DNA of 64,000 bases from positions 32,001 to 96,000 of the forward strand of contig JBFWJC010000003.1 of the NCBI GenBank assembly GCA_050253415.1, written 5' to 3'. The position numbers and the translations under genes were made by a program. This document shows, piece after piece, positions 21,177-30,141 of this stretch. A model generated the notes under the pieces. That model saw only the letters and a list, made by a program, of their open reading frames with translations, made no database searches and was not told the origin of the DNA. Origin of the DNA: Pedobacter sp. Its GTDB lineage: Bacteria; Desulfobacterota; Desulfuromonadia; Desulfuromonadales; Syntrophotaleaceae. The number at the start of each line of letters is the position of its first letter. The stretch's first letter is position 1.

Positions 21177-21211
21177 AGGCATCATTGCCTTTTCCGGCGC
21201 CGTTGCAGGAA
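21177..21211 (-). promoter_or_regulatory. Twin ANTAR-type hairpins in the nifV leader
   Basis: RNA GC-AACGGC-GC and AGGC-AAUGAU-GCCU (A1/G4 hexaloops). Confidence 0.65.
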
Positions 21212-21227
21212 AGTTAACTTATACTTT

Positions 21228-21243
21228 TGCAATGTATGTACCA
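21228..21243 (-). promoter_or_regulatory. Sigma54 promoter of nifV
   Basis: TGGTAC-ATACA-TTGCA on the minus strand. Confidence 0.85.
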
Positions 21244-21388
21244 TGTTGTAAGTAGCTGAAAAAAGGTGGTAAGTTTAGGGGCGTAGCCAGGTTTTTTGCT
21301 GATAAATAAGGCATTGCCGATTTTTTAGCGATGATTTATAGGGCAGGGTCGATCCGTGGATGAAAAATAACATGGGATCAAGCTCTTT

Positions 21389-21522
21389 ACCGCGGAGTTC
21401 GCAAAGAACGCAAGGAAAGCCGGCGTGATGAAAAAATGCCGAACAAATGCATTTCCATAGGATGTCGTGAACGAAGTAAACGGCATCGACTCTCTCGCAG
21501 CTTACTCTGCGCACTCTGCGGT
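21389..21522. repeat. Palindromic element with 9-mer repeat arms
   Basis: ACCGCGGAG TTCGCAAAG AACGCAAGG ... CTCTGCGCA CTCTGCGGT. Confidence 0.65.
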
Positions 21523-21530
21523 GAATACCA

Positions 21531-22586
21531 TCAATAAACCCGGCGAAAAGCGTCGGCCTTGATGGCGGCAAAGATCTCTCTGCCCGGGGCGATGTCCAAC
21601 TCATCCGCAGCCTGTTGCACAATGGTAGCTACAAGAGACTGTCCATGACAATCGAGTTCGACCCCGATGCGCTGATCCAGGTCGAACAGGTTGCGTACCG
21701 TGCCCTGCAACAGGTTACGGGCACTGATCGATTCCGGATGTCGTCGAAACAGCACGATATCTTTGGATGGCAGCGTAAACAGTGCTTCTGTCTCGGCGGC
21801 GTAGTGGGTAAGCACCAGCCTGTTGTCCCCCCACGGATACGACCACAGTTGGTCGCTGGGGGAAGGATCACGCAGGGTGAAAAAATTGAGGTAGCCCATG
21901 GGACAGTCCTTCATGCGCAGTCGTGCCAGTGTTTCAGGCGAGGTCTGCGATGCCAGGAGACCGTTTTCCATGACCAGAACTTCATCGACCAGCATGCGCA
22001 TTTCGTTCATGGAATGGGAAACATACACCAGAGGGATCTCATACCGCTGCAAAACGTCTTTGAGGTAGGGGATGATCTGGTATTTGAGTTTTTCGTCCAG
22101 GCCACTCAGGGGTTCATCCATCAGCAGCAGATGCGGGTTGGCGAGTACGCCCCTGCCGAGGGCTACGCGCTGGCGTTCGCCGCCGGACAAATCGCCAACC
22201 GATCGCTTCAATAGATGACCAATGTCGAGAACCCGGCACAGCTCTTCCGGATCGATCGTGCGGTCGCCTGCCGGGATGCGGCGATACCCATACAGCAGGT
22301 TGCGTTCCACATTCAGATGAGGGAACAGATGGCTGTGCTGAAATACTACGGCGATGCGGCGCTTTTGAGGGGAGACGCAGATACGCTTGGCGGAATCGAA
22401 CAGTACCCGATCGGCGAAACGAAATACTCCGGCGTCGGGGGTGAGCAGACCGGCGAGCAGATTGACCAGGGTTGATTTGCCGCTTCCGGAACGACCAAAA
22501 ATACCGAGCCGTTTGCTGTCGGTACGAAATGCGACGTCGAATTCGAATGCGCCGATCTTTTTTTGCAGAGCCAGGTTCAGGTTCAT
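21531..22586 (-). CDS. modC: Molybdate ABC transporter ATP-binding protein
   Basis: GRSGSGKS, LSGGERQRVA, LLMDEP, C-terminal TOBE/mop (SARNLL); overlaps the modB stop. Confidence 0.95.
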   Translation of the reverse strand: MNLNLALQKKIGAFEFDVAFRTDSKRLGIFGRSGSGKSTLVNLLAGLLTPDAGVFRFADRVLFDSAKRICVSPQKRRIAVVFQHSHLFPHLNVERNLLYGYRRIPAGDRTIDPEELCRVLDIGHLLKRSVGDLSGGERQRVALGRGVLANPHLLLMDEPLSGLDEKLKYQIIPYLKDVLQRYEIPLVYVSHSMNEMRMLVDEVLVMENGLLASQTSPETLARLRMKDCPMGYLNFFTLRDPSPSDQLWSYPWGDNRLVLTHYAAETEALFTLPSKDIVLFRRHPESISARNLLQGTVRNLFDLDQRIGVELDCHGQSLVATIVQQAADELDIAPGREIFAAIKADAFRRVY

Positions 22587-23272
22587 GCCTTGCTCCTGCG
22601 GGCCAGGGCCCTGATCAGAGTTTCGCTGCACAACAGTACTGCAAGCGAGAGGCCGATGGATAACAGGCATAACGCCAAGGCCCCATGGTCGCCGCCGGGG
22701 GTATTGACGTAATCGTAGATGGCCAGCGGAATAGTCTGGGTCAGGCCGGGGATATTGCCCGCCAGTACAATCGTGGCGCCGAACTCGCCGAGACTGCGGG
22801 CGAACATCAGTGACGCGCCGGCCAGTACCGCCCGGCCCGATAGCGGCAGCACGATAGTTAACAGCGTGTCGTACCAGGGAGCGCCGAGAGTGCGGGCGGC
22901 TTGCAGAAGTTTTTCGTCGATATCCTCAAGTCCGATACGGATGGAACGCACCAACAAAGGAAAGCCCACCACCAGCGAGGCCAGTACTGCTGCCCACCAG
23001 GTGAAAATGATACGAATGCCTGTAGCGCGCATGAAAGCCCCGAAAGGTCCATTCTCACCCAGCAACAACAGCAACAGATAGCCGACCACTACCGGGGGAA
23101 GCACCATGGGCAGGTGCAGTATCCCCTCCAATAGGCCTTTGCCGCGGAAACGGCCAAAGGCCAGCAGGCTGGCCATGAGGAAACCAGCCGGCAACGCGAG
23201 CAATGTTGCCGTCAGGGCGACTCTGGCGGAGAGCCATACAGCCTGGTAATCGGTGGCGGTCAGATCGAACAT
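22583..23272 (-). CDS. modB: Molybdate ABC transporter permease
   Basis: LPMVLPPVVVGY, FARSLGEFGAT, GNIPGLTQTIPLAIY. Confidence 0.96.
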   Translation of the reverse strand: MFDLTATDYQAVWLSARVALTATLLALPAGFLMASLLAFGRFRGKGLLEGILHLPMVLPPVVVGYLLLLLLGENGPFGAFMRATGIRIIFTWWAAVLASLVVGFPLLVRSIRIGLEDIDEKLLQAARTLGAPWYDTLLTIVLPLSGRAVLAGASLMFARSLGEFGATIVLAGNIPGLTQTIPLAIYDYVNTPGGDHGALALCLLSIGLSLAVLLCSETLIRALARRSKA

Positions 23273-23344
23273 AATAACGGTGCCTCGGTGGGGTTGCAGG
23301 GGCGGTCCCTGTGATCGCCCAATAACGAAAAAAAACGTATGAAT

Positions 23345-24124
23345 CTATGGGGCTTTTGCAAGGGTTGCAGATCGTGAATCAACCAGAAACCCATACTTTG
23401 AGAATATCGTCGCTGCGTCAGACGAGCCGAGATATTGCATAAACCCACGCGCTTCATCGTTGGCTGTTCCCATGCTCGTCAATCCGGCTGGATAGCTAAC
23501 ACTCGGATACAATTCCTGCGGTACTTCCATTAGTGTAATGGCCTGTTTTGCAAGCAGGGCGTCGGTGCGGTAAACGAACGCCGCATTCACTTCCCCGCGT
23601 TCGGCGTACATCAATGCCTGGCGTACATCTTTGGTCAGGACCAGCTTTTGACTGTCTTTCATCCCCTGGTAGAGGCCGGCTGCGATGAGAGCCTGTTCCG
23701 CATATTTCCCGGCAGGTACACTGGCCGGGCTGCCCATGGCGATGCGGGGTAGCGAAGTCAGATCAGCTAAAACCCGGACCTTTGAACAAGGACGGCCGAC
23801 AACCACTACCTTGTTATGGGCAATGATTCGGATACTGGTGGGCTCGATAAGTCCCTTGTCTTTTAAAAAATCCATCCATTTGGGGTTGGCTGAAACAAAC
23901 AGGTCGGCCGGTGCGCTGGCAGCGATCTGCTTGGCCAGCGTGCCGGAACTGGCGTAGTTCCGCACGAACCGGGTCTGTGGATGGCTTAAGGCGTAATCGG
24001 AACACAGGGCGTTGACCACATCGGTCATGCTGGCCGCCACCGCAAGGTGGATTTCGCCAGCGAAGGCCGGTGAGGCCACAAAAAGCAGGCTCAGGGACAA
24101 CAACAAACGGATAAAAGTCGCCAT
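23345..24124 (-). CDS. modA: Molybdate ABC transporter substrate-binding protein
   Basis: Signal peptide; AASM, ASSGTLAKQI, SVPAGKYA, DVRQAL, VYRTDA. Confidence 0.95.
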   Translation of the reverse strand: MATFIRLLLSLSLLFVASPAFAGEIHLAVAASMTDVVNALCSDYALSHPQTRFVRNYASSGTLAKQIAASAPADLFVSANPKWMDFLKDKGLIEPTSIRIIAHNKVVVVGRPCSKVRVLADLTSLPRIAMGSPASVPAGKYAEQALIAAGLYQGMKDSQKLVLTKDVRQALMYAERGEVNAAFVYRTDALLAKQAITLMEVPQELYPSVSYPAGLTSMGTANDEARGFMQYLGSSDAATIFSKYGFLVDSRSATLAKAP

Positions 24125-24161
24125 GGTCTTCAGTCCTTTGCGTTTCACAGTGGTTCAAAAA

Positions 24162-25052
24162 TTAACAACAAAACCCTTTGGATGGGGCTTGCGGGGCTGC
24201 TTCAAGGGTGGACAGATTAAGATCCTCGCCGAGCATGCCGGCGGCATCGGCACGGCACTGCTTGCAATGGCGCGCTTGCGGTAAAATCTGTTCCGCCTGG
24301 TCGCGAATCATGGCCATCTCCACATCCGTTGGAACCCTGTGGTCGCGGAAGGCACCCTGAGCGATGAGCGGCAGAATATTCATCATGTCTGCCCCCAGGC
24401 GTTTGGCGACCAGGGCTAAAGGCAGGGTTTCGTGATGGTTGACTCCAGGGATGTAAACACTGTTGACCTTGACCAGCATCCCTGCGCGGGCGGCGGCTTC
24501 GAGACCGGTCAACTGGGCATCGATCAAAGCAGAAGCACCGGTTTCTCCACGCACCACCGTACCACCGAGATTGACCCATTGGTAAACCTTGGCGCCGGTC
24601 TGCGGAGTCAGGGCATTCATGGTGACCGTGATGCTGCCGACGCCGATTTCTTTTAGTGCATCCAGACGTTCCGACAGTAGCAGGCCGTTGGTGGAAAGGC
24701 ATAACTGCAGATGGGGATACGCCGCTTTCACCAGTCGGAGTGTTTCGAAAGTTTTTTCGTTGGCAAGGGGATCGCCCGGGCCTGCAATGCCGACAACTTT
24801 TAAATTGGGGCCGACCTCGGGGTGAGCCAGCAAAGCCCGTACACGGTCCAGGGCTTGAGAGGGTGTAAGTACCCGGCTGGTAACGCCCGGACGATTTTCA
24901 TTGGCGCAATCGAAACGGCGCTCGCAGAATCCGCAACTGATGTTACAACCCGGTGCTACAGGCAAATGGATACGGGCATTGTTTTTGTGATTGGCACCGA
25001 AACAAGGGTGACCGGCGGCCTGATGATTTTTTCCGGAGCAGGATTTGGACAT
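24162..25052 (-). CDS. nifB: NifB-type radical SAM protein (stand-alone, no NifX domain)
   Basis: HPC, RIHLPVAPGCNISCGFC, ENRPG, IAGPGDPLAN, HCKQCRADA. Confidence 0.92.
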   Translation of the reverse strand: MSKSCSGKNHQAAGHPCFGANHKNNARIHLPVAPGCNISCGFCERRFDCANENRPGVTSRVLTPSQALDRVRALLAHPEVGPNLKVVGIAGPGDPLANEKTFETLRLVKAAYPHLQLCLSTNGLLLSERLDALKEIGVGSITVTMNALTPQTGAKVYQWVNLGGTVVRGETGASALIDAQLTGLEAAARAGMLVKVNSVYIPGVNHHETLPLALVAKRLGADMMNILPLIAQGAFRDHRVPTDVEMAMIRDQAEQILPQARHCKQCRADAAGMLGEDLNLSTLEAAPQAPSKGFCC

Positions 25053-25099
25053 GAAACATCTCCTTTCGGTTTCGCTAAAGCTGCCAACGGGAGCTTGCG

Positions 25100-25177
25100 A
25101 AATAAATAAAGAAAGGCCCAAGCGGGATTTCCCACTGGGCCTCGTTGCCTTAAATCAGCTGGGCACGCCATTGTGCC
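25100..25177 (-). promoter_or_regulatory. ANTAR twin hairpin overlapping an intrinsic terminator (nifB-modABC leader)
   Basis: RNA GGCAC-AAUGGC-GUGCC, then GGC-AACGAG-GCC overlapping the terminator GGCCCA...UGGGCC-UUUCUUUAUUU. Confidence 0.88.
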
Positions 25178-25199
25178 GTCTGCTGTCGGATAAGGGTAC

Positions 25200-25215
25200 T
25201 GCATCGGGTGTGCCA
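25200..25215 (-). promoter_or_regulatory. Sigma54 promoter of nifB-modABC
   Basis: TGGCAC-ACCCG-ATGCA. Confidence 0.85.
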
Positions 25216-25418
25216 AAGGCGCAAACCCCGTAAATAGGGGGCTTTGGAGGAGTCGGGCTGCCTGCATCAAGCACAAACAGCAAAAGGGTGTCTAAAAAGC
25301 AGGCAGATCTATGTCATGGGGTAAAACAGTGTTGGAAGATAATTTTCACACGAAGGCGGGTAGGATTTGTTGTGGAAGAAACGCCAAATTATAAAACAAG
25401 GCAAAAGCACGGTGTTAA

Positions 25419-25532
25419 TCGCACGAAGCCGCAAAGACACAAAGACTCCTTAAAACCATTGCCTTACCCCATGATCGTATGGGGAGTGTTTATGATTTGG
25501 CCTTACCTTGGTATTTTTGCGGATCCGTGCGA
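25419..25532. repeat. Palindromic element with 9-mer repeat arms
   Basis: TCGCACGAAGCCGCAAAGACACAAAG ... CCTTGGTATTTTTGCGGATCCGTGCGA; same family as 28562-28835. Confidence 0.7.
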
Positions 25533-25557
25533 GATAAAATGGGCTGTTGCCGTGTTT

Positions 25558-26613
25558 TTACTCTAATTCGTCCTGCTCGGCAGGGCACAGACATTCCGCC
25601 AGAAAATCATCGAGATCGAATTCGAGGCGCTGGCCATGGCGCACGCGGTCGCGGAGTTCGGAAAATTTGCGGTCGAAGCTGTTCAGTTTGCGCAGCAGGG
25701 TCCGTTCGGAATCGCTGGTGTCGATGATGTCGGCAATTCCACCGTTGCGAATCACCAGACGACGCTGACCCAGCAGGGCCAGGAGTGGATCGTGGGTGGC
25801 CAGCAGCACGATTTTCTCTTGTTTGACCAGCAGATCGAGGGCCTGACGCCGGTCGACGCCGGCGTTTTCGATCTCGTCGATGAGAACGATGGGGGATGCA
25901 CTGAGACAGGCAACGTCGGCAATCATCAGTGCGCGTGACTGTCCGCCGGATAAGGCGGTGACTGGGGTGTCGAGGGTGAAAGGTTCCCCCGCCAGCAGTA
26001 CGGCGGTGGAAAAAATCTGGGTCACAGCCGCATCGATATCGTCTACCAGGCGGCTTTCGGCGTGCAGGGTCAGAAATTCGCGCACCGACACGTCCATGAC
26101 AAAATTCATGTTTTGGGAAAGTTGAGCTACCAGTCGTTGTTCGCCGCCAAGCCACAGACTTTCATCGGGTGGTTGGCCGTCGAGCAGCACACGTCGTCCG
26201 GATGGCGTATCCCCTTGTGCCAGGCATTCCACATCGGCCAGCAGCCGACTTTTTCCGGAACCGGTTGGGCCGACCACGCTCACCACATCGCCAGGGCGCA
26301 GCTCCAGGCTAATGTTTTCCGGGTGTCCGTCCTTGTTCCGCCCGCCGCATAGCGTGATGCTTTGCAGTGTTGGCGCCTTGCCGGTTTTAAGTTTTTCCAT
26401 CTGGACGATGAAGTCATGCAGGCGTGAGCATAGTTCATCACGCACCAAGCCCAGGTTTTCGATGTGATCCTGATCCAAAGAGTCGAAGAAAACTTTGACC
26501 GTTGTATGACATGACGTGGAAGGTAACCCCAGCAGGGTAAAAAAATCCTTTGCGTAGGGGTGGTTAAGCAGCAGGTCGGAAATAGGGGTGTGCAGCAAAT
26601 CCAGGTCTGTCAT
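25558..26613 (-). CDS. ABC-type ATPase with small N-terminal (DUF1858-like) domain
   Basis: GPTGSGKS, LSGGQ, IVLIDE, ATHD; ATG overlaps the stop of the upstream GTPase. Confidence 0.88.
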   Translation of the reverse strand: MTDLDLLHTPISDLLLNHPYAKDFFTLLGLPSTSCHTTVKVFFDSLDQDHIENLGLVRDELCSRLHDFIVQMEKLKTGKAPTLQSITLCGGRNKDGHPENISLELRPGDVVSVVGPTGSGKSRLLADVECLAQGDTPSGRRVLLDGQPPDESLWLGGEQRLVAQLSQNMNFVMDVSVREFLTLHAESRLVDDIDAAVTQIFSTAVLLAGEPFTLDTPVTALSGGQSRALMIADVACLSASPIVLIDEIENAGVDRRQALDLLVKQEKIVLLATHDPLLALLGQRRLVIRNGGIADIIDTSDSERTLLRKLNSFDRKFSELRDRVRHGQRLEFDLDDFLAECLCPAEQDELE

Positions 26614-27296
26614 GAGAAATCCATGGTTTTGATGTTGCCGATCTGGCAATCGGGGCCGATACGGGTCTCGCCAAGGCAGTAGGAACACAGGGCCGCCGGC
26701 ATGGAAAAGCGCAACCGCACTCCCTCCAAAGCCTGCGTTTCGGGTGCGCTGCGCAACTGCCTCTGTACCATCAGACTACCCTGACCGGTAAGACCGTTAA
26801 CCGGCAGGACCGCCGCGCGGGGATTAACCTGTTTGACGCGAAAAGCAAACACCTCGCGTTCGGCCTGGGAAACCACGTCACCCTTTGTGATAACGACTAC
26901 ATCGGCGGTTTTCAACATTGGGCCGATTTTAGCTGGAGTATGCACGCCACTCAGATTGTCGACCACGCAAACAGCCAGTACATCGCGAATATGCGGCGAG
27001 CATCGGTTGCACAGACCGGCACTTTCGCAGATCAAAAGATCGAATCCGCTGCGATGTCCCCATTGCACGCCTTCTTCTATGTTGGCCACGAAAAAATGGT
27101 CCGGGCACAGGCCACCGGCCAGACCGAGTTTTACCGGTATTCCGGCTTTGGCGTAGCGGTGTTCGTCTTCGCTTGACAGGCAATCGAATTTAATGACCCC
27201 CAAACTCAAGCCATCTTTAGCCAGTTCCTCGGCAAGGCGCAGAATAACCGAGGTCTTGCCGCTGGAAGGTGGACCTGCCACGGTAACCAGTTTCAT
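26610..27296 (-). CDS. HypB/UreG/CobW-like (G3E) GTP-binding protein, Cys-rich
   Basis: GPPSSGKT, LCPDHF, ESAGLCNRC, ITKGD, C-terminal CSYC. Confidence 0.88.
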   Translation of the reverse strand: MKLVTVAGPPSSGKTSVILRLAEELAKDGLSLGVIKFDCLSSEDEHRYAKAGIPVKLGLAGGLCPDHFFVANIEEGVQWGHRSGFDLLICESAGLCNRCSPHIRDVLAVCVVDNLSGVHTPAKIGPMLKTADVVVITKGDVVSQAEREVFAFRVKQVNPRAAVLPVNGLTGQGSLMVQRQLRSAPETQALEGVRLRFSMPAALCSYCLGETRIGPDCQIGNIKTMDFS

Positions 27297-28522
27297 GATG
27301 ACTCCGACCGAACAACAGGAAGAAAGATCTTATCGATAGCCGCGTTCAACGCAGCCAGATCGTTGTTGCGCAGGTAATCCCAACCCAGCCACTTAAGGCT
27401 GGCCTGGGGTGGCAGGGCGTTGGTTACCTCGGGATGCGGGGTCGGGAACCAGGCACCTGCGAATACCTTGGCAAGTTCCGGGCCGGTAAGAAAATCCGTA
27501 ATGGCTTTTAGCTCTGCGGCGCGATGTTTCTTAACCAGCATGGTCACCGGGCTTATAAGTCCGCCATCCTCAGGCCAGATGATGCGTACCCTTTCAGGTC
27601 GGGCAATTTTATGTGCAAAAAAATCAGGCATAACGTACAGAGCGGCCCCGTCGGGGCGATCTGCTCCGGCTTCCTTGACCATCTGTGCCGGATGCTGCCC
27701 GCGTAGTACATTGTGGGCAAGGGCGGTCATGGCCGCAGGGCCGTTCTCCTTGAAAAACGGCAATAACACGGCATGGCAGAAGAACTGCCGATCGCCGCGC
27801 AAGGTAATGCTGTGGTGCCAGACGGGATCCAGCAAATCGGCCCAACGGCGTGGCAGGGGACGGTTTCCGACCCGGGCCAAATCAGCCACAATGATCAGCG
27901 GGTTGACATTGAGCATGGTGAATTGACCGAGGGGATCCAGGATGCCGGTATCGTCAAAGGACGGATTAAGTTGGTGCGGTGAGACATCGACAAAATACCC
28001 CGGGTCAATAAAACGCTGCCGGAACCGGCGATAAAAAAAGGCATTAAAGTCGGATGAAACGATGATGTCCGGGAGTTCGTCAAGGCTTTCGACCTGATCG
28101 ACGAACTTGTAGTAGGAGAGTTCCTGATTGACGTTGCCTTCGACAGCGTAGGTAATGGGGGGATTACCTTCAGCCTGGTATTTTTCGAAGAAACTTGTGA
28201 CAGCCTTGCCGAAGGGGACCTTGAGTCCGCAGGGTAACAGTCCCAGAAGGCTCAACCGGCCATTTTTGTCCACTTCATGCAGTCCGGGAGCTTCCATGGG
28301 CGCGCATTCTTTTAAATGTTGCTGGAGACTGCGTAAAAAGTTATCAACCGGAATACCTCGAGTCCGCAAGGCCGTGCCGAGGGTCAAAAAGGGGGCCAGC
28401 AGGCGCAAGGCATCTTCACCGACCAGTTCCTCAAGCCCGTAGGTGGCAAATACCGACAGGCTTTCGGGGTGGGCTGCAACCAGTTCAGCGATACGCATTT
28501 CCGGATGAATTTTATCTGGCAT
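27293..28522 (-). CDS. Substrate-binding-protein-fold protein (AfuA/PotD-like) with N-terminal DUF1858-like domain and no signal peptide
   Basis: LPRRWADLLDP, IIWPEDGGLISP; N-terminus IHPEMRIAELVAAHPESLSVF is not a signal peptide. Confidence 0.8.
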   Translation of the reverse strand: MPDKIHPEMRIAELVAAHPESLSVFATYGLEELVGEDALRLLAPFLTLGTALRTRGIPVDNFLRSLQQHLKECAPMEAPGLHEVDKNGRLSLLGLLPCGLKVPFGKAVTSFFEKYQAEGNPPITYAVEGNVNQELSYYKFVDQVESLDELPDIIVSSDFNAFFYRRFRQRFIDPGYFVDVSPHQLNPSFDDTGILDPLGQFTMLNVNPLIIVADLARVGNRPLPRRWADLLDPVWHHSITLRGDRQFFCHAVLLPFFKENGPAAMTALAHNVLRGQHPAQMVKEAGADRPDGAALYVMPDFFAHKIARPERVRIIWPEDGGLISPVTMLVKKHRAAELKAITDFLTGPELAKVFAGAWFPTPHPEVTNALPPQASLKWLGWDYLRNNDLAALNAAIDKIFLPVVRSESS

Positions 28523-28561
28523 GGCGTCCCTTCTTTAAAAAGTCTGTTCGATGCTGATTTG

Positions 28562-28835
28562 TCGCACAAAGGCACGAAGACACGAAGGAATCCCGTCATA
28601 CCACTTAGACCAAAAAGTTATTTGTATTTCGGGGGTCTTCTTCTTTGGCGTCTTGGAGGCTTACGTGTTGCCAGTAAGCCTCTTTAACCGATTTTTTTAC
28701 AAGGATATTCAGGATACACAGGATAAAAACCAAAAGCCTCGGGTTTAAGATTTTATCCTGAATATCCTGATCATCCCTGTTGCTAGAGGATTTATTGTCG
28801 TTGAGTTTCTTTGTGTTCTTCGTGGCTTCGTGCGA
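28562..28835. repeat. Nested palindromic 9-mer repeat elements
   Basis: Outer arms TCGCACAAAGGCACGAAGACACGAAG / CTTTGTGTTCTTCGTGGCTTCGTGCGA; inner arms (AGGATA)x3 at 28699-28730 and (ATCCTG)x3 at 28751-28781. Confidence 0.75.
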
Positions 28836-28850
28836 GAAAAAGCCTTCAGC

Positions 28851-29201
28851 TTAAGCTGTTGCGGAAGCATCCTTGAGTTGCTTCACCGCCTCGGGCAAAG
28901 CGGTGGATACGGGGCCGCTGATATCGACGTGGGCAATGCCGGCATCGGCCAACGCCTGACGCGGCAGGTCCCCTATGCGTACACTGACTACAGCGGCGCA
29001 GCCGCGAAGGGCTTTGGCGATAGACTGAAAGCGCGTTTCGTGAAATTTGTGGGTAGGGTCCGCGTTGCAGTATTTTTCGACTTCGACAAAATCTTCCTGG
29101 CGGATGGCGTCGTCTCCGACCTCATAAATGTAAAAAGCGGTAGCCTGTCCGAAATGCAGGTCGACGGTGTATCCATCCATGGAGGCGACAGCGAGGCGCA
29201 T
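28851..29201 (-). CDS. NifB/NifX-family FeMo-cofactor-binding protein
   Basis: RLAVASMDGYTVDLHFGQA, VEKYC, LRGCAAVVSVRIG; resembles the NifB C-terminal domain. Confidence 0.88.
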   Translation of the reverse strand: MRLAVASMDGYTVDLHFGQATAFYIYEVGDDAIRQEDFVEVEKYCNADPTHKFHETRFQSIAKALRGCAAVVSVRIGDLPRQALADAGIAHVDISGPVSTALPEAVKQLKDASATA

Positions 29202-29262
29202 GACTTGGTTCTCCTTCAAAAAGCTAAGGCCGCCGGAGCTTGGCACACCGGCGGCCTGCAGA

Positions 29263-29526
29263 TCAGATTTCCAGCGGTTTGAACGAAAAAGCTTTTTTGG
29301 GGCAGGTTACGCCGCAGGCAGCGCAACCGATACAAGCACCGGGATTGTCCACGAACATGAACATGCGGGCGGAATCTTCTTCATCAATTTCTTTGAAGCC
29401 CAAAACCTTGCGGGAGCAGGCTTTGTAACAGCGACCACAGCCAAGGCATTTTTCGTCATCGATGTTTTCAACGAAAGTAGGGGTCCAGGAACTTCCGTCT
29501 TTGGTTTTACCAGCGTAGTAAGCCAT
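29263..29526 (-). CDS. fdxB: Ferredoxin III, nif-specific 2[4Fe-4S]
   Basis: TKDGSSWTP, CLGCGRCYKAC, CIGCAACGVTCP. Confidence 0.9.
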   Translation of the reverse strand: MAYYAGKTKDGSSWTPTFVENIDDEKCLGCGRCYKACSRKVLGFKEIDEEDSARMFMFVDNPGACIGCAACGVTCPKKAFSFKPLEI

Positions 29527-29613
29527 CGTTGAGTCTCCTTCTGGTACGTATCATTTGGTGAATAATGTTTCAAGCATTCAACTAAACACTGCGAGGGCGT
29601 AATAATCGATATC

Positions 29614-29973
29614 TTATTTGTTCATAGCCCGGCGTAGCCAGGGGGGAGGATTGCCCTGCAAAACTTGCTGGAGTTTGTTGACAACCTCCTCGATTTTTTC
29701 ATTGCCCTTGCTTTTAACCGGGTGAATTTTGTTCGCTACCAAACGGGCAGCTGCAGGTCCGCCGATCTGAGTTACATAAATGATCGTGCAGTGGTCAAGC
29801 ACTTTGAGCCGGGCGTCGATCTTGTCATCTTCATATTCTGTGGTAGCTTCGATCTCGGCCATGCCAGAAAAACTCGCCTTGTCGGTCGTGATTTCCCATA
29901 CGGCAAATTTGGTTGCCAGGCCGAAATGCTGGTCGATTGTTTCATTGTCCGAGGTGGCAAATGCGACTTTCAT
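29614..29973 (-). CDS. nifX: Nitrogen fixation protein NifX
   Basis: MKVAFATSD...IDQHFG, QIGGPAAARLV..KIHPVK, GNPPPWLRRA. Confidence 0.93.
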   Translation of the reverse strand: MKVAFATSDNETIDQHFGLATKFAVWEITTDKASFSGMAEIEATTEYEDDKIDARLKVLDHCTIIYVTQIGGPAAARLVANKIHPVKSKGNEKIEEVVNKLQQVLQGNPPPWLRRAMNK

Positions 29974-30141
29974 GGCGATACCTTTCTAGCTTTGAGCGGC
30001 GATATGGCAAAATCTTGCAAAAAGGGAGACTCCAAGTGGCAGGCGTAAACATGACACCTGGAGCCGACTTCGTTTTTCCGGGATTTTTAGGGTGGTACCG
30101 GGCGGCCAGGGGGGAATAATCACCCCCGGCCGCATGGGGTA

